A stretch of DNA of 44,670 bases from an uncultured Clostridium sp. (GTDB lineage: Bacteria; Bacillota; Clostridia; Oscillospirales; Acutalibacteraceae): contig CAZFZW010000001.1 in the NCBI GenBank assembly GCA_964523465.1, positions 1 to 44,670 on the forward strand, given 5' to 3'. Position 1 is the stretch's first letter. Every line of letters starts with the position of its first letter. Positions 26,780 through 35,819 of this stretch are shown piece by piece. The notes beneath the pieces are model-generated. The model did not search any database. It was not told where the DNA came from and saw only the letters and a list, made by a program, of their open reading frames with translations. The translations under genes and the position numbers were made by a program.

Positions 26780-28453
26780 ATGATACCTACCGAGAACTAT
26801 AACTGCTACGAGTATTTCAAAAAGAATACAGCCTCTTTCGGTGATTACGATGCTGCGATAAGCTTTGGACACAGGATAAAAAAATCAACACTTCTCAATG
26901 ATATAGACCGCCTTGCGGCTTATTTCAAGAGTGTTGGACTCAGACGAGGCGATGTTTACACCGTCTTTCTGCCCACCTGCGTGCAGAGCTTCGTTGCGTT
27001 TTACGCACTCAATAAGATAGGCGTTATTGTCAATATCGTCCATCCGCTCACTCCGCCAGACCTTTTAAAGGAGACTATGGATTCCACAGGCTCAAAGGGC
27101 ATTATGATAATGGATGTTCTGGCAAAGCAGTATGTCGATATGCTCAATTTTCATAATATTCCCTGTGTGGTCTGCTCCAATTCCGACTATGTGCCGCCGA
27201 CTGTGTATGCGGCATTCAGAGGATATGAGTTTGTCAAGGCACATTCGTCTCAGAATATTATGAACTCTCTCACTTACAGAGCGGCTCTTCACCGCAGTCC
27301 CGTGTCCGACGGCGTTGCAAACAATGGCTCGGATGTTGCAGTTTACCTGCACGGAGGCGGTACCACGGGCAAGAGCAAGACTATAAAGCTCTCGTCAAAA
27401 GCGTTGAACGAGCTTGCTTATAAGACCGGCAAGGTCGAACATCACAACACTCCCGGTGTCGAGTGCTCGATGATAGTTCTGCCGCTTTTCCATGCGTTCG
27501 GTCTCGGACTTTCAATGCATTTCAGTATGTGCGAGGGATTCTGCTGTATCCCCGTGCCGAAATTCAAGCCGCACAAGGCAAATGAGCTTTTGCGTGAATA
27601 CAAGGTATCGCTGATAGTCGGCGTGCCGAATATGTACAAGAAAATGTTCGAGCAGAAGAACTTCGAGGGCAGACATCTGCGTAATCTTGAGCTTATGTTC
27701 AGCGGCGGCGATATAGTCACCGAGCAGTTCCTTGATATGTTCAACTCCACTATAGCAAAGTGGGGCGGCGAGGGCAGACTTTTCAGAGGTTACGGTCTGA
27801 CGGAGGTTTGCTCCGCCTGCTGTACCAATACTTATGCCGAGAACAGGAGTAACTCTGTCGGCAAGCCGTTTTACGGAATGCGTGTCGAGATTTGGGATAA
27901 GAACAAAAAACGTCTGCCTGCCAATACTGTGGGCGAAATAGTCGTTTCCGGTTCGACGCTTATGGAGGGTTATCTCAACGAGCCTACAAGCGGTGTGTAT
28001 ACCGATGATGTCGGTGTGCGTTGGGTGCTTACGGGTGACCTCGGATATATAGACGAGGACGGTTTCGTGTTCTTTACGGGACGAAAGAAGAGACTCATAA
28101 TCATCTCCGGTTACAATGTTTATCCCTCGGATATAGAGGAGAAGGTAATGGGTGTTGCCGGAATAACCGAGGCTTGCGCCGTCCAGGGCTATCTCGACTC
28201 AAAGCCGATAGTCAAGCTCTATGTGGCGCTTGACAGCGAGCCTGAAAATAAAAAGAAAAAGATTGAGGAGATTGACGAGTTCTGCCGCAATAACCTCGCT
28301 CGATTCTCACGCCCGACCAAGATAATCATCCTCGATGAGCTGCCCCGTACTCAGATGGGCAAGGTCGATTTTATGAAACTGTGTGACCCTGTTCCGACCG
28401 ATAAAAAGAAAGACAGGGAAAAGGGCGAAAAAGAAAAGGCCGACAAGCAGTAA
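26780..28453 (+). CDS. AMP-binding enzyme / long-chain acyl-CoA synthetase
   Basis: HGGGTTGKSK P-loop, PLFH, GYGLTE, TGDLG, GRKKRLI, LPRTQMGKVD. Confidence 0.93.
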   Translation: MIPTENYNCYEYFKKNTASFGDYDAAISFGHRIKKSTLLNDIDRLAAYFKSVGLRRGDVYTVFLPTCVQSFVAFYALNKIGVIVNIVHPLTPPDLLKETMDSTGSKGIMIMDVLAKQYVDMLNFHNIPCVVCSNSDYVPPTVYAAFRGYEFVKAHSSQNIMNSLTYRAALHRSPVSDGVANNGSDVAVYLHGGGTTGKSKTIKLSSKALNELAYKTGKVEHHNTPGVECSMIVLPLFHAFGLGLSMHFSMCEGFCCIPVPKFKPHKANELLREYKVSLIVGVPNMYKKMFEQKNFEGRHLRNLELMFSGGDIVTEQFLDMFNSTIAKWGGEGRLFRGYGLTEVCSACCTNTYAENRSNSVGKPFYGMRVEIWDKNKKRLPANTVGEIVVSGSTLMEGYLNEPTSGVYTDDVGVRWVLTGDLGYIDEDGFVFFTGRKKRLIIISGYNVYPSDIEEKVMGVAGITEACAVQGYLDSKPIVKLYVALDSEPENKKKKIEEIDEFCRNNLARFSRPTKIIILDELPRTQMGKVDFMKLCDPVPTDKKKDREKGEKEKADKQ

Positions 28454-28474
28454 TTTTAAACCGAAAGCATATAC

Positions 28475-28513
28475 TAAGACCGACCCTGCAATATGGGACG
28501 GTCTTATTTTTTT
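28475..28513 (+). terminator. Terminator between acyl-CoA synthetase and glmS
   Basis: TAAGACCG..CCC/GGG..CGGTCTTA plus 7 T. Confidence 0.8.
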
Positions 28514-28555
28514 GTCTTGAATACAACTCGGGCAAATCTTGCAAAGGAGATTGGT

Positions 28556-30382
28556 ATGTGCGGAATAATCGGATATGTCGGAGAAAACAGAGCGGTTCCC
28601 GTCTTACTTGACGGACTTAAAAATCTCGAATACAGGGGATACGATTCGGCAGGTATCGCCGTGTGTCGGGGCGGAAAAATCACAACGGTGAAATCGGCAG
28701 GGCGAATATCCGAGCTTGAAAGAAAGCTCAAAAGTGAGGGTGAACCTGAAGGGAACATCGGAATCGGTCACACACGCTGGGCAACACACGGTGCTCCGAC
28801 TCGGGAAAATGCCCATCCACATTCGGGCTCGAGCGGCAGAGTGACCCTTGTTCACAACGGTATTATCGAAAACTATCTCGAACTTCGTGAGGAGCTTTCA
28901 CGGCAAGGCAGGGAATTTGTTTCGCAGACCGATACCGAGGTTCTGGCACAGCTTTTCGACAGCCTGTATGACGGCGACCCGATTCTCGCCATGCGTGAGA
29001 CCATGTGCCGTGTCAGAGGTTCTTATGCTGTGGCAGTACTGATGAGCGACCGCCCAGATGAGATTCTGGCGGTCAAAAAGGACAGTCCGCTGATAGTGGG
29101 TGTTGACGATGATGCGACTTATCTTGCGTCGGATATCCCTGCTCTGCTCAAGTACACCCGAGACTGCATTGTTATGGACGACGGTGAGATAGCGTTGCTC
29201 AAAAAGGGAGAGGCAAGATTTTTTGACCTGTCGGGCAAAGAAATCGCAAAGAAAACCGAACACATTACATGGGACGCAGTGGAGGCGGAAAAGGGCGGCT
29301 ACAGGCATTTTATGAAAAAAGAGATAGCCGAACAGCCCCGTGCCGTGCGTGATACGCTGATGGGAAGAATATCAGACGGCAGGGTTTTGCTCGATGAATT
29401 TAAGCTGACGGATGCACAGATAGGAAACATTCGGGCGATACACATCTGCGCCTGCGGCAGCGCTAGATATGTGGGTATGGCGGCAAAATATATAATCGAA
29501 CGCTCATCGGGCATACTGTGCGAATGTGAGCCTGCAAGCGAGTTTCGCTACAGATGTCCGTCGGTGAGCGAAAACGATTTGTGTCTGGTTATAAGTCAAT
29601 CGGGTGAGACTGCCGATACACTTGCGGCACTCAGAGAGGCGAAAAAACGGGGAGCGCATACGCTGTCCGTTGTCAATGTCGTGGGCAGCACAATAGCAAG
29701 AGAAAGCGAAAATGTAATCTATACGGCGGCAGGTCCCGAGATAGCGGTGGCGACAACAAAAGCTTTTTCCGCACAGCTGGCGGCAGTCTATCTCATTGCC
29801 CTTCGGCTCGCACGGGCGGTGGGCAAACTCACTCAAAGCGAGGAGAGGGCGCATTGCACGGCACTTGAAAATTTGCCCGAGCAGATAGAGGGCATACTCG
29901 AAAGGGAGGCGGAGCTTTATCCGATTGCCGAACGTTTAAAAGATGCAACGAGCATATTTTTTATTGGCAGAGGACTTGACTATGCCGTGTCTCTTGAGGG
30001 GTCGCTGAAGCTCAAGGAAATATCATATATAAACTCCGAGGCCTATGCCGCAGGGGAACTCAAACACGGCACAATATCCCTCATAGAACAAGGCTCACCC
30101 GTCATAGCCGTGGCAACGCAAAAGGAGCTGTTTGAAAAAACGCTGGTCAATATCAAGGAGGTCAAAAGCAGGGGAGCGTTTGTCGCCGCTGTGGTGAATG
30201 AAAGCTCGGGTCGGTGCGAGAATGTGGCGGATGCGACTTTTGCCGTGCCCGATACTTTGCCCGAGTATATGCCGTCGCTTGATGTAATACCGCTCCAGCT
30301 TTTGGCATATTTCATTGCGACGGAGCGTGGCTGTGATGTCGATAAGCCGAGAAATCTCGCAAAATCCGTAACAGTTGAATAA
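28556..30382 (+). CDS. glmS: Glutamine--fructose-6-phosphate transaminase
   Basis: True start MCGIIG (catalytic Cys); LEYRGYDSAG, GHTRWATHG, SQSGETAD, PRNLAKSVTVE. Confidence 0.99.
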   Translation: MCGIIGYVGENRAVPVLLDGLKNLEYRGYDSAGIAVCRGGKITTVKSAGRISELERKLKSEGEPEGNIGIGHTRWATHGAPTRENAHPHSGSSGRVTLVHNGIIENYLELREELSRQGREFVSQTDTEVLAQLFDSLYDGDPILAMRETMCRVRGSYAVAVLMSDRPDEILAVKKDSPLIVGVDDDATYLASDIPALLKYTRDCIVMDDGEIALLKKGEARFFDLSGKEIAKKTEHITWDAVEAEKGGYRHFMKKEIAEQPRAVRDTLMGRISDGRVLLDEFKLTDAQIGNIRAIHICACGSARYVGMAAKYIIERSSGILCECEPASEFRYRCPSVSENDLCLVISQSGETADTLAALREAKKRGAHTLSVVNVVGSTIARESENVIYTAAGPEIAVATTKAFSAQLAAVYLIALRLARAVGKLTQSEERAHCTALENLPEQIEGILEREAELYPIAERLKDATSIFFIGRGLDYAVSLEGSLKLKEISYINSEAYAAGELKHGTISLIEQGSPVIAVATQKELFEKTLVNIKEVKSRGAFVAAVVNESSGRCENVADATFAVPDTLPEYMPSLDVIPLQLLAYFIATERGCDVDKPRNLAKSVTVE

Positions 30383-30385
30383 CCT

Positions 30386-30428
30386 GAGCGGTGCGGACAG
30401 TCACAGGACAGTTCGCATCGCTTTTTTT
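30386..30428 (+). terminator. Terminator after glmS
   Basis: AGCGGTGCGGAC/GTTCGCATCGCT plus T tract. Confidence 0.75.
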
Positions 30429-30438
30429 CAAAAACAGC

Positions 30439-30467
30439 TTGACTATTCGGGATAAATCGAGTATACT
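30439..30467 (+). promoter_or_regulatory. Sigma-A promoter of DUF3793-flavodoxin operon
   Basis: TTGACT-17 nt-TATACT. Confidence 0.8.
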
Positions 30468-30520
30468 GTATTTGTAATCATCGAGGCGGCAATGCCTGCG
30501 GTGTTTTTAAAAACTTACTG

Positions 30521-30536
30521 GTTAGCCAACGCTAAC
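30521..30536. promoter_or_regulatory. Palindromic operator 1 (DtxR/MntR-like)
   Basis: GTTAGC-CAAC-GCTAAC. Confidence 0.75.
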
Positions 30537-30644
30537 TGTAGCTTGCACTCTGCTTTGCCGATTTTTTCGGGGTAGTGTATGCACTTCAAAATCGGGCGTA
30601 AAATTTGCAATCAAAGCCATTTGGCTTTTTTTAAATATCATTTA

Positions 30645-30660
30645 GTTAGCGTATGCTAAC
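30645..30660. promoter_or_regulatory. Palindromic operator 2 (DtxR/MntR-like)
   Basis: GTTAGC-GTAT-GCTAAC. Confidence 0.75.
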
Positions 30661-30675
30661 CGAATAAAAAGAGAG

Positions 30676-31221
30676 GTGCTCATTGTGTCGGAAGAGATGA
30701 TAATCAGGCATTGTTCGCCAACACTTGCCGGAATTAAAACAGGCAATATGTTTTCGTGCGAGTATGCGAGTGCGGAGGATATGCGCCGTGCCGTGCGGCG
30801 GTTCAACAAAAAGCTCGGCGGCAAAGGGCTGCGTGTAGTGCCGCTGAAATTTGACGGCAAAAGAGCACTGATTTATATTTATCGTCCGATTATGCTGACG
30901 AGAGACCTCGAAAACGAGACGGCCTGCGAGGTGCTGAAGAAATACGGATATATCGGTACGCCGTCACGCTGTGTAGTAAGACTTGTCAGCAGGCTTAACG
31001 AGAGCGGCGATTTTCCGCATGAGATAGGCCTTTTCCTCGGCTATCCGCCCGAGGATGTGTGTGGATTTATTGAGAACAGGTGCTGCAAGTGCATAGGATG
31101 CTGGAAAGTCTACGGCGACGAGGAGACGGCAAAGAAAACATTTGCCAAGTATAAAAAATGCACCGAGATTTACTGTAGGCTCTACAGTCAGGGAAGAGAA
31201 ATCGAACGGCTTGCGGTGTGA
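30676..31221 (+). CDS. DUF3793 family protein (start may be GTG 30685)
   Basis: CSPTLAGIK, FPHEIGLFLGYPPEDV, GCWKVY; usual neighbour of flavodoxin. Confidence 0.9.
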   Translation: MLIVSEEMIIRHCSPTLAGIKTGNMFSCEYASAEDMRRAVRRFNKKLGGKGLRVVPLKFDGKRALIYIYRPIMLTRDLENETACEVLKKYGYIGTPSRCVVRLVSRLNESGDFPHEIGLFLGYPPEDVCGFIENRCCKCIGCWKVYGDEETAKKTFAKYKKCTEIYCRLYSQGREIERLAV

Positions 31222-31278
31222 CACATTTGCCGCATAAAGTCGATTGATATATATTTTTTTGAAAGGTCGGGAGACAAA

Positions 31279-31701
31279 ATGAGCAAAATAGCAGTTGTAT
31301 ATTGGAGTGGTACGGGCAACACCGAGAGTATGGCACAGTCGGTTGCCGAGGGTGCAAAGAACGCAGGGGCAGAGGTTTCTCTGCTCACCGCTTCGGAGTT
31401 TGACAGCAGTATGATGGATTCGTTCGATGCGGTTGCGTTCGGTTGTCCGGCAATGGGCGCAGAGGTTCTCGAAGAGGATGAGTTTGCGCCGATGTTTGAG
31501 TCGTGCAAGGCGAAGCTCAACGGTAAAAGAACGGCACTTTTCGGCTCTTATGGTTGGGGTGACGGCGAATGGATGCGTGACTGGGAGGAAGATTGCAGAG
31601 CACAGGGTGCTGTTCTTGTGTGCGATGCTATCATATGCAATGATGCACCCGACAGCGATGCCGAGGCGGCGTGTGCGGCACTCGGTGCGGCATTGCTTTG
31701 A
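31279..31701 (+). CDS. Short-chain flavodoxin
   Basis: YWSGTGNTE, GCPAMG, LFGSYGWG. Confidence 0.97.
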   Translation: MSKIAVVYWSGTGNTESMAQSVAEGAKNAGAEVSLLTASEFDSSMMDSFDAVAFGCPAMGAEVLEEDEFAPMFESCKAKLNGKRTALFGSYGWGDGEWMRDWEEDCRAQGAVLVCDAIICNDAPDSDAEAACAALGAALL

Positions 31702-31720
31702 GATTAAGAGGTGAATTTTT

Positions 31721-31975
31721 ATGTTCAAAATCACATTGAAAATTGACGGAATGGCGTGTGGAATGTGCGAGTCGCATATCAATGACACGGTGCGACAGAA
31801 TTTTGCCGTCAAAAAAGTCGAGTCTTCGCACACAAAGGGCATAACGCAGATAATATCCGAAACGCCCATTGGCGAGACCGAGCTTAAATCTGCCATAGAT
31901 AAAACAGGGTATAAAGTGCTTGGGATGAGTACAGAGCCTTATGAAAAGAAACGCTTTTCATTCTTCAAAAAATAG
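31721..31975 (+). CDS. Heavy-metal-associated (HMA/CopZ-like) protein
   Basis: IDGMACGMC metal-binding motif. Confidence 0.92.
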   Translation: MFKITLKIDGMACGMCESHINDTVRQNFAVKKVESSHTKGITQIISETPIGETELKSAIDKTGYKVLGMSTEPYEKKRFSFFKK

Positions 31976-31994
31976 AGAAAGACAGGGTGAGTGT

Positions 31995-32102
31995 ATGATT
32001 TTATTTGAATACCTGATTATTGCAGCCTCGGCACTGTTGATTGTCATATCACTCGGTTATATCAAGAGACTGTGCCTGAGATATTTGAAAAAGATGAAAT
32101 AG
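31995..32102 (+). CDS. Putative 35-aa single-pass membrane peptide
   Basis: MILFEYLIIAASALLIVISLGYIKRLCLRYLKKMK; AGGGTG upstream; fills the gap between HMA gene and terminator. Confidence 0.6.
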   Translation: MILFEYLIIAASALLIVISLGYIKRLCLRYLKKMK

Positions 32103-32113
32103 AGTGTTAAACA

Positions 32114-32147
32114 AAAACTCCCGACTGCCTGTGCAATCGGGAGTTTT
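32114..32147. terminator. Bidirectional terminator
   Basis: AAAACTCCCGA/TCGGGAGTTTT. Confidence 0.85.
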
Positions 32148-32151
32148 CTAT

Positions 32152-33630
32152 TCAGACGAGTTCTTTTATCAGGTTGTATATGCTCTCACCGAGGCGTATT
32201 ATGCTCGGTCGGTCGTCACTCTCGGGCAGGTCTCCGACAGGCTGAAGAACTGAGTGTGTGCTCTTGTCGCAGTACATAAACTGCGGATAATCCGCACTGC
32301 TCCAAACGGTGGGCTGACCGTCAAATGAAATGAGGTAGTAGATAAATTCGTTGTATGCCTCGCAGAAGTCGTTGTGATCCTGACTGCGAACAAACCATGT
32401 CGAGTTGGGGAAGGCACAGGTTGATGCATCAACGAGCATATCTGCCGAGAGATATTTGTTGTCGCTGTTGCTTTGGAGTGTCTCTCCCACGGGCGCACAG
32501 GTTGCACCGAGTGAACCGAACTTTGTGTCAATGAGCATATCGGTCTGGTCAATGCTGTTTTCATATACGGGTATCGGCGCAATGCCGTAACCCATGCTGA
32601 CACACACTGCAAGACCGTTTTTCTGTTCCGATTTGAGTCTTTCGCCCAAACCGCACTGAACACCGTAGTGGTAGCCGTCAACGGTCTTGATAAGCTCGCT
32701 GTACTTGCCGTTTGTGCCCGAATAGAGGATATTCTTTGCGGTTTCATAGTGCTCATCGGGGACAAAGCTCCACACGCCGGGCATTGTCGTGACGAGGTCT
32801 GTCAGACATTCGTCATAAAGTACATCGAGGTCATCTATAAGCAGGTTGTTGACAAGACAGAGCAAAAGGTCGAGGATGAAAGCGTCGTTGAGTACGCCTA
32901 CAAGACTGCTCACCAGGTTGCCCGTCGTTGTGCCGCCGAGGAAAGTTTCAATGAACAGCTCGAATGCATCGGCCTTGCCCTCAACGGTGATATTTTTTGT
33001 GAACATCTCTCCGACTAAGGTGATGCCCTGAAATGCGCCGCTCAAGAATACGACTTTTTCGACATCGTCGCTTCCGTAATTTGTTATGTATGCCGCCGTA
33101 ACGCAGGTGCCCTCGCTGTGAGCACAGATAACCACCTTGTCATGGCGTGTTATCGACTTGACCTCTTCAATGTAGTCGGCGAGTAATTTTGCGTTGTCGG
33201 CAGGGTCAAGTCTCCAGTCGTAGCCGAAAATATATTTGCCGTTGTCCTCTTTGCCATCATACAGGCGGTGAATATCCTCGTCTGTGGGCGTTGTGTAAGA
33301 CACGGCGGCGGTTTTCGGTGTGCCGTTTTCGTCGCAGGCGAAGATACCGAGCATCGTTTCAAGTCCGTCTGCAAGTGCGCTTGTGAACAGTTCGTGATTG
33401 CCAACGGCAAGTGCCGCAAGCGAAATGCCTATGCTCGGCATGGCGCAGATGATCTCCTTTGCGCCGACGGACAGCGATGTACCGTCCTCGGTAAACAGCT
33501 CCTTGCCGAATCCGTTGACAATGACAACGGGTGTCTTACCACATTCGCAGTGTTCACTGTCGGCGAACGCCGCAGCCGGAATTGCGAAAAGCATTACTAA
33601 AGCGAGCAGAAACGAAACAGCCTTTTTCAT
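32152..33630 (-). CDS. Secreted alpha/beta hydrolase, LCAT/phospholipase-like
   Basis: Signal peptide, PVVIVNG, YDWRL, AHSEG nucleophile elbow. Confidence 0.82.
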   Translation of the reverse strand: MKKAVSFLLALVMLFAIPAAAFADSEHCECGKTPVVIVNGFGKELFTEDGTSLSVGAKEIICAMPSIGISLAALAVGNHELFTSALADGLETMLGIFACDENGTPKTAAVSYTTPTDEDIHRLYDGKEDNGKYIFGYDWRLDPADNAKLLADYIEEVKSITRHDKVVICAHSEGTCVTAAYITNYGSDDVEKVVFLSGAFQGITLVGEMFTKNITVEGKADAFELFIETFLGGTTTGNLVSSLVGVLNDAFILDLLLCLVNNLLIDDLDVLYDECLTDLVTTMPGVWSFVPDEHYETAKNILYSGTNGKYSELIKTVDGYHYGVQCGLGERLKSEQKNGLAVCVSMGYGIAPIPVYENSIDQTDMLIDTKFGSLGATCAPVGETLQSNSDNKYLSADMLVDASTCAFPNSTWFVRSQDHNDFCEAYNEFIYYLISFDGQPTVWSSADYPQFMYCDKSTHSVLQPVGDLPESDDRPSIIRLGESIYNLIKELV

Positions 33631-33646
33631 ATTGTTTCCCTCCGTT

Positions 33647-34150
33647 TTAAAATCCGAATAAGGACGGTACGAGGTAAGCGAATACTGACATAATAATTCC
33701 TGCGACGAGTATGCCGATAGAGATTATCGGGAACGATTTTTTGATTCTCATATCGGTCAGTGCGGCAATGAGAGCGCCTGTCCAGCCGCCTGTGCCGGGC
33801 AGGGGAATCGCAACAAACAGCAGCAGACCCCAGTCACGCCATCTTTTGACTTTTTCGCTGTTTCTCATTGAGCGTATCTCGAGCTTTTCGATTATCTTTG
33901 AAAACAGCGGCTTGTCACGCAGAAACTGAAAAATCTTGCGGATAAAAAGCAGTATGAACGGTATCGGAACTATGTTGCCGATATAGCAGATAATGAATGC
34001 CCGTGTGAAATTTACGCCCAAAAGCTTTGCGGCAATGAGTCCGCCTCTGAGCTCGAGGACGGGCAAAAGCGAAATGATAAAAATTATCAGTTCGTTTGGT
34101 ATCCTGTTTTGAAAAAAATCAACAATGGTCTGAGCGAATTGTTCTGTCAT
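33647..34150 (-). CDS. Small multi-drug export family membrane protein
   Basis: LPVLELRGG and FVAIPLPGTGGWTG signatures. Confidence 0.92.
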   Translation of the reverse strand: MTEQFAQTIVDFFQNRIPNELIIFIISLLPVLELRGGLIAAKLLGVNFTRAFIICYIGNIVPIPFILLFIRKIFQFLRDKPLFSKIIEKLEIRSMRNSEKVKRWRDWGLLLFVAIPLPGTGGWTGALIAALTDMRIKKSFPIISIGILVAGIIMSVFAYLVPSLFGF

Positions 34151-34170
34151 TGCAATCCCTTCCGAATAAA

Positions 34171-34914
34171 TCAAATCGATTCGAAAATTTTGTGCTTGTC
34201 AAGAAAACGTTTTGCACTTTTGAGTATGGCCTTGTCGTTTTCGAATTTGAGAGTTTCAAGTGCCCTGTCAAATGTCAGCCAGATGTAGTCGTCTATCTCC
34301 TCCTGCTGAATGACAGTTCTCGTATCCTCGGTTTTTGCAAGAAAAATCGTAACGGTCTTTTCGACTTTTCCCTGAATCGTGTAGTCGGATTTTGCGGTGA
34401 AATCGGGAATTATTTCTATGTGCATTCCCGTCTCTTCGAGCACCTCACGGCGAGCGGTCTGCTCGGGCGATTCGCCTCGCTCCATGTGTCCTTTCGGGAA
34501 GCCCCAGTGGGCACTGCGGTTGTTTTTGATGAGCAAAAGACGAATCTCATCGTTTATTCTGCGGCAGACTACCGCACCGCATGAGCGTTCATAGAGACAT
34601 TCAAGACGGTAAGTTCCCTCGGGCTCTGCAAAAGCCAGAGCGTCGGCTATCTGGTAGCCGATAAAACGCATATTCTTCGGTGCAACGACAAGTATGCCCT
34701 TGCGTTCACCCTCTCTGTAAAGAACGGCTATGGCACGGCCGTCAAAATGTCTGACGGGGTGATGCACGCCCATGATATAAGCACCGGCGAATCGGTTATC
34801 AAACTGCCGTCTGCCCTCGAGCGAGCCGAAATTCAGAGAATATTTGTATCCGTGCTGACGGTTCAGGGAGCCGACCGGATTCGTTATCTTAACTCTTACG
34901 AATTTGCCTAACAT
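34171..34914 (-). CDS. Nudix hydrolase (Ap4A hydrolase-like) with N-terminal degenerate inorganic-pyrophosphatase-like domain
   Basis: ERSCGAVV, HWGFPKGHME.GE...TARREVLEETG Nudix box; N-terminal ~105 aa follows the short clostridial PPase pattern. Confidence 0.85.
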   Translation of the reverse strand: MLGKFVRVKITNPVGSLNRQHGYKYSLNFGSLEGRRQFDNRFAGAYIMGVHHPVRHFDGRAIAVLYREGERKGILVVAPKNMRFIGYQIADALAFAEPEGTYRLECLYERSCGAVVCRRINDEIRLLLIKNNRSAHWGFPKGHMERGESPEQTARREVLEETGMHIEIIPDFTAKSDYTIQGKVEKTVTIFLAKTEDTRTVIQQEEIDDYIWLTFDRALETLKFENDKAILKSAKRFLDKHKIFESI

Positions 34915-34976
34915 AAGGTCAGTCCCTCCCTTTTTGGGGAATTTCAAAAATACCCCAATTCTAAATTATATTATAC

Positions 34977-35005
34977 ATTATACTCACTAATTTGTCCGAT
35001 TTCAA
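34977..35005 (-). promoter_or_regulatory. Sigma-A promoter of Nudix operon
   Basis: TTGAAA-17 nt-TATAAT on minus strand. Confidence 0.75.
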
Positions 35006-35145
35006 GAGCCGAGAGGTAATTTCGGAAAAATGAAAGACTTTTCATGGGTTGTTAATTTCGACGATGTGTGATAAAATTAAATGCGGTATATCTGAATATT
35101 GTCTGATTTTCGGCAGTTTGCCGGGGATCGGGAGGAGGAGCAGTT

Positions 35146-35817
35146 TTGCAGAAAATACTCATAGCGGATGATGAGGCGAAGATACGCCGCATAATCAGAG
35201 ACTTTCTATCAGCCAAAGGCTATGAAACCGTTGAGGCAGAGGACGGCGCACAGGCTATTGAAGTTTTTACCGACACACCGAATATTGACCTTGTCGTGCT
35301 CGACATAATGATGCCCGAGTATAACGGATGGGAGGTCTGTCGAAAAATCCGTGAGACCTCGAATGTTCCGATAATATTTTTGACTGCCAGGGGTCAGGAG
35401 TTTGATGAGCTTGAGTGCTTTGAATGCGGTGCGGATGATTTTATAACAAAGCCATTCAGCCCCACGGTGCTCGTTAAGCGTATTGAGGCGAGACTCAAGC
35501 GTTCTGCGGAAGCTTCATCGGATAAAATCGTGCTTGACGGACTTGTGATAGATGTCGTGGCACATTCGGTTGTCTGCGACGGTCAGGAGATAGAGCTTAC
35601 GCATAAGGAATACGGAATCCTCAGCAAGCTCGCTTCAAGTAAGGGTAGAGTTTTCTCGCGTGAACAGTTGCTCGATGATATATGGGGATTTGATTTTCTG
35701 GGAGATTCGAGAACGGTCGATTCCCATGTGGCGCGCCTTCGCAGTAAGTTGGGCGATTGGGGCAGCCGCAATCTGCATACGGTCTACGGAGCGGGTTATA
35801 AAATAGAGGTGAGCTGA
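35146..35817 (+). CDS. OmpR/PhoB family response regulator
   Basis: ADDE, LDIMMP, GADDFITKPF, RTVDSHVARLR. Confidence 0.97.
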   Translation: MQKILIADDEAKIRRIIRDFLSAKGYETVEAEDGAQAIEVFTDTPNIDLVVLDIMMPEYNGWEVCRKIRETSNVPIIFLTARGQEFDELECFECGADDFITKPFSPTVLVKRIEARLKRSAEASSDKIVLDGLVIDVVAHSVVCDGQEIELTHKEYGILSKLASSKGRVFSREQLLDDIWGFDFLGDSRTVDSHVARLRSKLGDWGSRNLHTVYGAGYKIEVS

Positions 35818-35819
35818 TT

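Noticed and set aside
28493-28555. N-terminal extension of glmS in the ORF track
   Set aside because: GlmS needs Cys as the mature N-terminus, and the extension runs through a terminator
30492-30575. 27-codon ORF in the DUF3793 leader
   Set aside because: Weak RBS, overlaps operator 1, unremarkable composition
30964-31896. 310-aa antisense ORF across three genes
   Set aside because: Overlaps three well-supported plus-strand genes and has no protein-like features
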